The notes beneath the pieces were generated by a model. That model was given only the letters and a program-made list of their open reading frames with translations. It did not search any database and was not told where the DNA came from. Source: Trichosphaerium sp. ATCC 40318 (lineage: Eukaryota; Protista; Tubulinea). From it: 64,000 bases of DNA. The stretch is from positions 248,001 to 312,000 of the forward strand of contig JALMLS010000322.1 in assembly GCA_038496445.1 (NCBI GenBank), in the 5' to 3' direction. The position numbers were made by a program, and so were the translations under genes. Below, one piece after another: positions 24,601 to 36,346 of the stretch (the first letter of the stretch is position 1; each line of letters starts with the position of its first letter).

Positions 24601-26839
24601 ATGAGCACGTACAAGTCTATCATGTAAAACTTCCATCCATCGATTTTCGAAAACAATAAGAGAATCATCGTCATAGTCATCAAGAGTATGGTACCTGAAA
24701 AACGCGAGATTGTGAGTTTTCAAAAACTCTTGTACTTAACGATTCTTTTTTAACGTACTTTCTAGGATTGAAAGGGTATCCAATGACCTTAGACCCACCA
24801 GTTGCTATGTACACAGCGTCGAGTGGGAAATACATATTCCTCAAGTTGTTTCCACTTTCTATATTTCTAATACCTGAAATATCATCATGTGTAGCACGAA
24901 GACAAAGATCTATTGCAGCCAATATTGGGTTATCAATACGTGTATCAAATTTTCCCAGTTTAATAAAAAGATCAGTGTTCATTGCCAAAAAGTGATGAGA
25001 AGCTGCTGCAACCTAATAAAATGCTTAGCTTTTTCCATCAAAGCACGTGTTGAAAAAGAAATAAAAATAATAATAAAAAAATAGAACAATCAATTATACG
25101 TACTTCTTGCGGAGCCATGGATCTTGTATCTCTTCTGTGATTACCTAAATAAATGGTTATTATTATATGGGTATAGATATTGCTTTCAAAAAGGTACCTC
25201 TTAGCGTATGTTTTGGGAAAGGAATATTATCGGGTTCTAGATGATTATCAAGTTTCAATCCACTTGGTCTATCATGCATAGCAAACTCGATACCAGCGCT
25301 ATAAATCATATCTAAAACAACATAAATTAAGCCAATGTAGTAGAAGAAGGAAAAACAAAAATTATACAATACAACATCCTGTAACTTACCATCTTCTCTG
25401 ACAATCTTTGCACCTACAACGCCAACATCCTCCAAATCATAAAAATCGTGAAGATCGCGACTCCATAAATCTACAAGCTCCCAAGCGTTTTCGCTTCTAT
25501 CAGGGTCCATGGATAGTATCACATGTTCAGATAAGAACAGTAGATGCTTTGTTTTATATTCTTCAATAGCACGGTTGATCATCCTTTACAAAGTTGTTAA
25601 TAATCAACAAGACTTACAAAAAAACTGTATCAGAAAACATACCTTGTATAAGACGCGTCTTCATCGCCAACACGAAGAATAATAAGAGGAAATTTAACGT
25701 TTTCATCTTTATATTGCCATAACTTATCACTTTCTTTCACTACTAGAATAACTTTTGCAGAATCGCCAGATGGTGCTTTAAGAAGTCAATAAAACCATTT
25801 TTACATAAAATCTTTAAGATATTACCATTCTCCAATAAGGACTTGACGAAAGAATTCTCGCGCTCACGTAATTCACCAACCTTAAGTATTGGAATAACAA
25901 CAGCAAGTGAATAAAATCCTTCACCCAACTCGTGTGCTTTAAACAAAAATGTCAAATGTCTCCAAGTAAATACGTTCGAATACAAACAAAAACCAATATG
26001 CGTACAAGAAAGATCACCGCCACCAGCGAAATCATCTACATCAGTGTTTGTCCAATCTTGTCCTACTTTTTGGCTCTTCAATGACCCTTCTGTAGAAAGT
26101 TTTTCTAGGGACGCTGCTATCCTGATAATCTCAGACTGGAGCTCTGCGCTGACACGTTCAATACGCTTAATCGATTCTTTTGTCTTGAAAGCGTCATCCT
26201 CCAGTGCCGCTTTGTCGCTTCTCAGAGCGGCTAATTTAGTTCCCAAAGCGCTTTGCGCGTTTATTATAGTAGTAACATTTGCTTGAGTGCTCATCTTGAA
26301 CCCTAAGAAAAAACCCACGTGAGCGCCAGTTTTTGCCACGTTGTTACATTAACAAAAGAAAAAAAATTATCAGTACCTTTCAGACCTTCTAGGGACTCAT
26401 TATAATCTAAAAGAAGATCTCTATGATCCTTTAATAAATCTTCATTTTTTTTCGTTGTCGCTGATAAGCTGTCAAAGCGTCGTGTGGTTTCGGCAACAAT
26501 CTTAGCCTTGTTAGAGGCTATCTTTTCATCCAGACCATTTATGTGATTTAACTGATCTCCCAGTCTCTTGATTGTAGCGGCTTGTTCTGTTTTGAAGCTT
26601 TCCGCCATAGAATTACTCTGATCTGCCAGTTTCTGCGTTGCTAGGCGAAGTTCGCTTTGAGATTCGTACAATTGGGCAATATCTTTAGTATGCTGCGCCA
26701 CGGTAAAGAAATAGCCAATGAGAGCAATATTGATAAAAAATTGAACCAATACAAGAACCAGCACGCCTGTACGCATACCGTTCCAATTATTTAGGAAAGC
26801 GGCGCTAATCAACGGCCTTCGCCGCTTCTGGTAGTACAT
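21623..26839 (-). CDS. Large type II membrane glycosyltransferase: TM, coiled-coil stalk, GT2-like region, GT4 (GT-B) domain, acidic repeat tail
   Basis: N-terminal TM; VGVVGAKI; FAFLAVFKWESRKGWDVLLEAY; YVLPSRGEGWGLPYMEAMAMELPTIGTNWGG (GT4 E-x7-E motif). Confidence 0.85.
21770..22270 (-). repeat. Degenerate coding repeats QH(K/R/N)P(E/D)D in the glycosyltransferase tail
   Basis: Six QHxP(E/D)D units; VGESQEFQHKPEDD occurs twice with near-identical DNA. Confidence 0.8.
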
Positions 26840-27979
26840 ACGCAGCGATCACGCCTCAACAAACACTAAAAACTTTTGTCTGTCAAACCATTTCTTTTAA
26901 TCCGTTACACACTTTCTAAACACACTTCCGTACACCAATTTCACTTCTCACGCTTTTGCCGTTTAATTACGCCATAATGACAATTAGTACAACTAAATGT
27001 ACAAACCGGAGCAATCTACAACCCTCTACTAATAATACAAACGCACGAGCAGCGAATACAACTCAACAATCGTCACGTGGGTTCGAACATTCCGTGTAAA
27101 ACGTAGGTCCAGGTTTGTCGTAATTCTCTACAAAACAACGTTGACCGAATTAAGCGCTTAAACAACACCGGCAATTATCACCCACCATCCGTGGCTATAG
27201 TTTTCGCTACCCACTAAGTGTAACGGTAAGTTGTTGGAAGCAAACCAGCAAATCAGTTTGCAAGGGGTTACGCGTTCCAAAAACTACAATCAATTCACTT
27301 CGAGACCCGTTTGCAGGTAGACTTGTAAATTTGTGGCAGAATTAGACTAAAACAAAGGCGTGCAGGGAGCTCACTTTTACTTAATTTTAATGGCTGCTGC
27401 AACTGGTAAAGGATCTCAGGGCGAAGATGAGTACGGAGTGCCCGGATATAACTTTGATGACGAAGTAAGCTTTTGTAACGCACTTGCATGTTTTTTCCAG
27501 CATAGTTTCGAGTAGTTAGTGCTGTTTTGTTTTTTAGGACTTTATTTATTGTTTTTTTTTTGTTTAACTTTCCATAGATGCCTCGTATATCCGTTCCACA
27601 TACTGGACCGCGAGAAATGGTGCGTTTGTAAATTTGCAAAAAACAAAAAAAACCTTATGATTTCAGACCTCCAGAAACAGTTCTGCATCACTTCAAGTAC
27701 GAAAGAAGGCCAAGCGCTCATCTTCACGAAGACACCGTAACACCGACAAAAGAGCAAATCGACGCGAGCGGTACGTATTATGATGTGAATGTGTACTCAA
27801 ATATGGCAGTGCAAGAACAGAGTATCGATTGCCTGGAACAGACGTAGAGGACAATATATCTTCAAAGTGAGTTTCAAAAAACTAACAGATTTTCGGGCAA
27901 CGCAGCAATGGCTCGTATAATTCTCGAAATACCGAGTATTTGCTTTTTTTGCAACTTCCAACAAACGCGAAAACCGAAA

Positions 27980-30472
27980 ATGCCTTACAATTCTAACGTA
28001 ATGATAGGAAAAAAAGGGAGCGTAGAGCTACGTTATGGGAGCAACCTGGCGCGTGGAACACCGTAAAAGAACGAGGAAAAGAAAAGAGGCGGAGTGTACA
28101 ACCAAAGTAGGTTTAAATGCATTAATTCACCTCTAAGACATGTATAGTAGGAATAGACGTGCTCCCAAGTCTCCTGTTGCTGAAGCAGTCGCCGAATTAC
28201 AGGCATTGGATCGAAGGCGACATAAGAAGCCTAACAACAAAGATTTTTTCAGAAAAGAGGCTGTAGAGCGAAGACGTGCACAACTAAAACAAATGCGTCG
28301 TAATTCTGAGGCACAGACTGCAAATGGTACGCAATTAAAAATATTACTCTTGTTGTACTTATATTATTTGTAGCCAGGAAATCAAACAAAGGTGCTAATG
28401 GGCGTAAAACAAGGCATAGTGTAGACATAAGCGAGGCCTTGTCAGAAACGAGCAGTGGCAAGCGTGGAAAGTCTAATACAATGCGACATAGTAGACTCTC
28501 AACAAGCTCAGCCAAATCTGCCAAGTCTGCAAAATTGCCAAAACCGAAATCTACAAACTCGGAAGCTATGTCACTTCACTCCTCTGATAAGAGTACTAAA
28601 CATACACGACTTCACTCTGTATCATCTTCATCTCGAGATGCTAGCAAGCGAAATAGTGGAGGTTCTAGAAAGCTTTCTGATTCGTCTCAACAAGACTCTG
28701 CTGGCATGTTTGGTATGCGTAATGAGATTGACTCGCATGTCATAACCGACTCGAACACTACAGACGCTAAGGAGACAAGTGGTGCGAGCTCGGAAAAAGA
28801 AGGTGGTGAGCTGTCAGCTCTTAATGCGTCGTACAATTCTATACACGAGACACAGTCCCACTCTTGGGAGATTGAAGGCAGTGAAATTCACTTTGAAGAG
28901 AAGATTGGACATGGTGCAGTATGCACTGTGTACTATGGGACATATCGTGGGCAAGAAGTTGCACTGAAGGTTTTAAAAGAGATTACTAACGTTCAACTTG
29001 ATATCTTTCAAAAGGAGCTCGAAATTATTTGGTACTTACTTGCCTTTCCTTTTTGTTTTTTGTACGCGTCATCTCCGTTTTCTGACTCGATTTAGCAACT
29101 TTCGGAGTCCAGACGTTGTATTTTTCTTTGGTTGTTGCTTGAAACCGAAACCATTGCTTGTATTGGCTTATTGTAACAAAGGTACGCTAGTTTATATTAA
29201 AGAGGGTCAATGATCTTTTTGCCTTTTTTGGTTTTTTTTTTAATTCGGGCTTTTCTAACGCGAATTCAAAAGGTAGTCTATATGATGTTTTAAACTCCCC
29301 TGAGGAGGAATTAAATATGAATATCGTATGCAAAATTTGTATGCAAACTGCGCGCGGTTTGAGCTCGCTACATAACTGGAGACCGCAAATTGTACATAGA
29401 GACTTAAAGGTAAGTTAGTTTAATGTTTTAGAGCTATTTTTGAATCTTTTTGAGTAAAAAATGCAAAACGGCTTGTTTTATCTTACAACTGTATTAGAGT
29501 AGAAATATATTACTTGAGGATAACTGGGTTGTTAAATTATGCGATTTTGGTGAAAGTAGATTTATAGAAAGAACTGATTCGTCACAATCAAAAATCCGAG
29601 GTAAGAATCGATGATATTATTAACACGTAGGGTGTTGGTGTTTTATGGGTTTTTTGTAGTTTTTGTAGTTTTTATTTTTTTTTATTTTACTTCTTCTTTG
29701 TACACCATCTCATTATGTTGTAGGCACTTTTGCATATGTAGCGCAAGAAATTTATAATGGACAAAATTATACAACAAAGTCCGATGTTTATGCGTTTGGT
29801 GTTATTCTCTGGGAGATGTGTTGCCGGTGCGTCCTACTTTTTAAATCTTTTTTCATCCTTTGTTTGTTTGCTTACCTTATCGTAGCATTGCCACTGGCGT
29901 GTATTCTTCACCATTTTCAGAGTACAAAGCTAAAGTACGATTGGATTATCAAATTTTGGTGCAAGCTTGTAAGCTGGGATTGAGACCTGCCATACACAAG
30001 GTACCATTTATATTGTCGTATGTAGTGCTTATTTATTGTTCGTAGGATACGCCCTCAGGACTTGCAAACATTGTATCAACGTGTTGGCAACATGAACCAG
30101 AAGCCAGACCGAGCGCAGATGAGCTGTTCAAGCATTTTTCTTCATTACTCAAGTCTGATGTACCTGCTGACTATGAAACGGGTACTTTTAAATATAAAGC
30201 ACCAAAGATTACGGAAGAGGCCATAGCGTATCAAACGAAGATGCGTGGGGTACGTTATACTTTGTAAAAGAAGAAAAACAACTAAAATCTTGTGTCTTAC
30301 AATTTTAATTTTCTAGGGCGCTGAACCGTTTTCCCATATTACACCAAGGGTTGCCAATGATATTGATGCAGATTCTGCAGGCAGCAAGCGATTTTTCAAC
30401 TTCAAAAAACGCAAACGGGACAAAGTTAAAACGTCTAAAACAAAGGTGAAGAAGGAGAAAAAGAAGGTGTGA
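27980..30472 (+). CDS. Tyrosine-kinase-like (TKL) protein kinase with long basic/Ser-rich N-terminus
   Basis: WEIEGSEIHFEEKIGHGAVCTVYYGTYRGQEVALK, HRDLKSRN, DFG, GTFAYVAQE, DVYAFGVILWE; additional upstream exons from about 27390 possible. Confidence 0.9.
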
Positions 30473-30689
30473 ATCTAGCTTAAATTTTAGGGTTTTTTTT
30501 GTTGCTGGATTTGACTTGTAATATATCGTGTACTATCAATGAAATACTGTACATAGTCGCTGTTATTTAAACTTCGTATTTGCTTTTGCATATCACGCCA
30601 CTAGTACGCGTATTACAGTTAAGTATTTACGAACATGCACACATTTTTGATGTTTTTGGTCACGGATTGTCCTTCAGTTTGGTGTCAAC

Positions 30690-32140
30690 ATGTTTTGTGC
30701 TGCAGGTGGTCGGTTGGCGATGAGGGCATTGGCTTGTGAGCGATTACAACGTTCCAGGCCACCCAAATCTACAATACGTGTACCTTTGCGTGGAAATGTT
30801 CGCAGGTTGCAAATTCGTTCATTTAAATATTGATTTTGTTCAGGGAGCGTTTTTGGGCTTCAAAGTCCTTGAAAAACTTTCACCTAACGGCTTTTGGATT
30901 ACACACCCAAAGAAACGCAGCACCGATGACTAGTGTAACAGTACGTGTTGTATTTTTCCGTTTTTACGTTTTATGTAGCTTGTCCACCTGAGAGCGGCTC
31001 TGGTGGCATTCTATAGCGTAGAAATACTAATTCAGCTATGTAGACAGTAACTCAAGCTCAAGCAGCTCAATTGGACATAGATTTGTTCGCAGAGGAATGG
31101 ATGAGCGATCAGCTCATGGAATTAGCGGGTACATACAAAATTACCAGCAGATTTTAATGAAATCGGTTGTATTAGCTTCAAAGCATCGAGTTGATCCTAA
31201 TGACTCACTAACATACGTCAGGGCTATCATGTGCACAAGCTATCCATGACACATACCCTGCTGACAAGTTTGGCCGCGTTTGTGTAGTTGTAGGTCCTGG
31301 AAGTGCGTCAGCTTCTTCTGTGAGCAATCTAGGTATCTAATCTTTTGTTCACAGACAACGGCGGTGACGGTTTGATAATGGCCAGACACTTGAAGTTCTT
31401 TGGACATACCGTTACTATTGTATACCCAAAGAGAAGAGACAAACACCCATGGACAGTACGAGACCAAGAATTGCTTTTTTGGCTTTTTTTTGATTTGTTG
31501 ACTCTTCGACAGAAATTGCTCGCTCTGTGCCAGAATATGGGTTTAGATACCTTGAGTGAACTTCCTGAGAACCTCAACAAAGACTTTGATCTTATTGTAG
31601 ACTCAATTTTCGGGTACAGTTTTAAAGGTGACATTCGTGCTCCGTTTGATACAATTGTAAAAGTAAGTATAAGTATAAGTTTTCTTTCGTTCTCTCCTCG
31701 AAACAGACTTACCTTTTTCTTATCTTTACTGTAGACTCTTAAAGAAGCTACTGTTCCTATAGCATCTATTGATGTACCTTCTGGTTGGGAGATAGATAAA
31801 GGGAACACAAACGATGGCATAAACCCAGAATTTTTAAGTGAGTGAACAACTTCTTTTTTTCTTTTGTTATTGCAAAATTGTTTTATTTAATACGTTGTTC
31901 TAGTCTCCCTTTCAGTACCAAAGATATGCGCAAACGATTTCAAAGGAAAATATCATTTCCTAGGAGGCAGATTCGTCAATGAGTACGCAGAACAGTCCAT
32001 TGTTTTGGACAAAAAAAAAGTCATCAAATCATTTCTTGATCTCTTCGCGGTTAACATACTTGCTTAGGAAAATAGTAAAGAAATACAATCTCACCCTACC
32101 TGAATTCCCTGGTTCAAAGCAATACGTTCTACTCAAATAA
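30690..32140 (+). CDS. NAXE: NAD(P)HX epimerase (YjeF_N)
   Basis: [53 protein letters not shown]; Arg-rich N-terminal extension before a second ATG at 30926. Confidence 0.92.
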
Positions 32141-32683
32141 GCATTATTCTAATGAACACAACTGCAATACTTTTTCAATAAATATCACATTACTGTTTTT
32201 CGTTGTTGCAAGTAATGTACTTAAGGATTACACTCTTGGGTTTATGGTAAACAATATGGTGTTAGAGAGTGGAAATTTGATGATAAACAAATTGAAGATA
32301 GCAAGACTTGACCAAGTTGTTATCAAAGCTGTCAGTTCTTTCAAGAACTAACAAACCTGACAAAATCTGACTGAACTTGCGCTTTGATACTTCTACCAAA
32401 CTTGTTGCAAACTTGAATGATATCTCTGTGCGCTGAATAGCTACAAGTCCTTTTTGTTACTCCTAAACCATCTAAATAAATATGTACACAAGATAGCATG
32501 CCGCGTGTACTCCTTGTGTGTAGTCCCTTGTGTGGGGAGTGGATACAGGTATGAAATGACCTGATAACTATTTGTGTTATTCAGTCGATAGAGATATGGA
32601 CAATATTTAGTGAGCTGAGCTTCTTATAAGGCGAACAAATTTGTGCCTTAAAACAACAAGCTGGGCATTGTTGCTTGAATATT

Positions 32684-33480
32684 TCACGTGTTGTAGGCAA
32701 TGCACATCTTGTACTTACACGGTATAAGTGTGAGTTTATTGATTGAGATATAACAGCAACAGAATTTTTGGTTTAGTTTTAATTTGTTGTTCTCTTGCTT
32801 TAACGCTCTATTCTCTTGCTCTAGCTTTTCTATTTTATGCATCAATTCCTGCATGTTGATGAATAGACGTTTTGCGGCATCGGCCAACGGTAGATTCGAA
32901 CCAATGGGAGCTTGTGTTTCCTGGGTTTTGTCTTTGACACAGTCAGCTTCAAAAGTCTTAGATTGGCTTGAAGCTTGAGTCTCTGTAGTCTCGTCATTGT
33001 CATCTGCAATTTCTAGACTAAGTTCTTCATAACTCTCATTTGCTCCACATAGACTCCTTGTAATGTATTAGTTGTTTACAATGCCACTTTTTGGTACTTC
33101 TTTTGAACAAATTCGTTGTCTTCTTTATCATCAGAGAACTCGTCTATTGCTAACAACGAGGTAGGTACAGTGACAAGGGTACTATGCACAGTACCTGCTT
33201 TACTCAAAGGTGTGCCTTCTGTTTCATTTCCTTCTTCTGTACCAACTGATACTAAACATATGCTCATAGGTTTATTGTCCCCGTCCGAATCTAACCTTAG
33301 ATTCAATATCAACACTTTAAAAATATATTACCTTCTAACCAAGACATGTTGATAAACTACGTATAGATTCAGTTGGTGGTTATAAATCGTTGGAGACTTT
33401 AGAATTCAGTAACGTGCCTGATGACGTGTATGTAATAGAAGAGTTGTCGCAAGAGTCTTGCTTCCACAAAAATGCATCGA
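32684..33480 (-). CDS. Hypothetical acidic/Ser-Thr-rich protein with C-terminal coiled coil
   Basis: Exons join in frame to ...AKRLFINMQELMHKIEKLEQENRALKQENNKLK; ends not resolved. Confidence 0.4.
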
Positions 33481-33717
33481 CGCACAAACATTAATTGAAG
33501 GGTTGGTGAATACAAAGACACCGATTCTTTGTCTACAGTCCAACGGCCAGGGCGCTTATACAAGTCGAAAACAAGGCGTTACGTCAGCTTTACATAAAAT
33601 GTGCTGAAAAGAACTTCGATGTTCGTCGCTTCATTAAACATTTTCAGCGCACGTGATGAAAACGATTCTTACGTTTATCTTCTAATAACCATTGCTGTTG
33701 CGAAAGCAAGGAAGTAC

Positions 33718-35074
33718 TCATTTAAATATAAGCTAAATCGAAGCGGTTCATACTTCAGTTGATTGTGCGACATACAATTGTAAAAAAAATTGAGTTTATT
33801 GTGCATAACATAATGCAGATGGTCATACAGCTCAAAGTAAAAAAGCAGTTTTTTAGCCTAGTGGCCAGTATTTCGTCGATGTTAAACCACGTAGCTGTAC
33901 TCAATCAAGTCTAGGTGTGCATCTAAAGTTCTACTCAATGCGCTCACCTAAAAGTGTTAATCCATCAACCTGCTATTTTGAGTTATGCTACCTTCTGCCT
34001 TGGTTAAGGACCACCTACAATTTTTTCCAAACCACATTTGTAAAGAAATTAGTTGAGCATACTATCATGATTAATCGTAACTGACAACTATTCAGCCTTG
34101 CATTGCCTTCTGACATGTGCTTTGTGATCGCCTCAATAGGGTGGTCGTCATATTAGGACGCCGGCTGCTATAATGACTTTACAACTCCCTGAGTAAGAAG
34201 TTCGCGGCGGGTCATTGCAATTGTTTTAACAATAAATGAAAAATTGATTACACTAGGAACCTGACCAGTAACACGTGTGCTAGCACACGCCTGCAAGAGC
34301 TATTATATAAATTGAAGAAAAGAATCTATCTGTAAAGTTAATGGGTAACTTTTAAAACGTCACGTGTTTTAATGATAAGTTACAACACCCAAAAACTAAT
34401 ATCTTCGTTCTCACTTTCAAACCAAAGATTCGCACCTATCAAGCGAACTGCTGTCAACCACTTTGCTACAAACCGAATCACAAGTTTGTGCAACACATTT
34501 TATGGTTTATAGTCAAAGTTGTTAAAATCGTAGAAATTTGAAAAAAAAGAAAAATACAACTACTCTTACCATGTCTGATTTTCAACACTCAATCTTTGGC
34601 TGCTTAGATGACTTTATGTTGTGTTTAATTACGTACGGTTTGGTTGTTTCCACCTTTTTCTAAGTTCGTTATTTAGCTGCATTATTCCTCAATACACAGC
34701 CGCAAAGAATAAGGCTTCTGTAGATGAGCGCGATTGGTATGGTTGTTAGTTCCCCAAACCACTCTAACGTCATATTAGCACTCTATGCGATTGTATCTGT
34801 GGCCCTAACCCATACTTTACGCGCCAACAAATTCGTGCCAAATACGGTTTCACTTTCAACCCATTCGTCGATTGCCTCATGGTATTGTTCTGCGGAACAT
34901 GCAGTATCTGTCAACACAACCTCGAACTCAAAGATAAAGGATCACCAAACCTTTAAAACCGTACTTGTACTCAGTTCACTTATTAAACCCCAGTTTACAC
35001 TCCAAAATTTGCGAAATAACATTATCCTCACTGCTAAAAAACGTACCACCAAACCAACCGGACGCACACAACAT
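33718..35074 (-). CDS. Hypothetical tail-anchored protein, possibly SNARE-like
   Basis: Plausible exons MTRRELLTQGV|AITKHMSEGNARLN...TLDAHLDLIE|LKNCFFTLSCMTICIMLCTINSIFFTI|LIFK* ending in a TM helix; full model not resolved. Confidence 0.3.
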
Positions 35075-35279
35075 AGTAGAGACACTCTTAACGGTCGGTG
35101 CAATTTTATTGTATTCAAAAAAACAATAACTGCCCGAACAGTACGTTAACAAATGTATTCACGCATATTATAGCGTATTCAAATGAAAAAAAAAAAAGTC
35201 GAGCGAGTACCAATACAAGGCGTTTATTTTATTTTTGGTAGGATCCTATACACGAAAATTGTTTACGGGACTCTGTAGC

Positions 35280-36024
35280 TTATTTTCCTTTGCCCTTTTT
35301 GCCTTTTGTAGCCTTCTTGCCCTTATCAGACTTACCACCCTTGGTAGCAGCAGGTTTCTCAACAGGCTCAGCAGTACGTGTCCAAATCAAAATCTTCTTG
35401 TATCGGTCGCCAACGAGTTTTACTTTACCTTCTTTCTCCAATTGCTTAAGAGCACGTGTAGCAACTGTAGCTCTGACTTTGTATTTTTCAGAAATAATGG
35501 ACTACAAGAAAAAAAAATGAGTTAAATCTGCCTTGAATACGATTAAGAATAGCGTATAAACGCCAGAAACGAGCGAATTACGCGTGAAGAAAAATATTGG
35601 AACTTGAAAAAATGTTTCGTTGTTTTTACATACCAAAGTGATAAACTTCATCTTTGGTACTTCTGTGCAGAATCGTGTGTAGACGTCTTCTGGAAAGAGG
35701 ACATTATTATCGAGCTTGTCTGAAACTTTTCCTTTGCTCCACTGCGTTTAATTAGTTACAAATACACTAATAATTCGCGAAATAGCCTCAATTGTGACGT
35801 AGGCGCTGTATCGCAATCTTTGAGCGCAATTCGACATACCTTTTTCTTAGCGGCTTTTGCTCCAGATTTTGCGGCTTGGCCAGCTTTACTCTTTGATACC
35901 TTAGCTTTCTTGGACTGTTGCGTGTTAGATCAAGTGAACAAACGATAAAAGAGATGAAAAAGCCTAGAATTAACGAAACTGTGTATTGCGTTGGCTATAG
36001 AGAAAGTCGTGCTATACGTACCAT
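35280..36024 (-). CDS. RPS25: 40S ribosomal protein eS25
   Basis: ATG-only first coding exon; KKKWSKGKVSDKLDNNVLF...EVPKMKFITLSIISEKYKVRATVATRALKQLEKEG; Lys/Gly-rich C-terminal extension. Confidence 0.95.
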
Positions 36025-36346
36025 TGTTAGTACTGAGGATAGTTGCCTAAAAACAAATGATTATGCTTGACTTTACTTTCTGGCATATTTTTTCGAGCAA
36101 CAATTTTAAAAACCCAACAAGCGTAGTTGATTCGTAATATAGTTGTGTACTTCCGTCGCTATGGAAGACAAACGTCTTTTTGAACTAAACCGTTTTATCT
36201 TTAATAAGTGTGTCTCTTCGTTTTATGCCGCCAAAGCGGATTATTTATGCTGTGGACGCTGTAAGTTGGCCGTAAGCGAGTACTATGAGTCTACGCTAGT
36301 CATAATATTATTGTCAATTGCAAAACAAACCGTAACGACCGATCAC

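Noticed and set aside
33300-34700. In-frame TAA/TAG at positions where Gln would read well, suggesting stop-codon reassignment or editing
   Set aside because: Alternative short GT-AG introns or frames remove the stops I could test; conserved genes end in TAA, TAG or TGA and their long exons contain no internal stops
34930-34950. In-frame TGA suggesting selenocysteine
   Set aside because: Falls within a likely intron (GTACGG...TTGACAG); no selenoprotein motif or SECIS recognised
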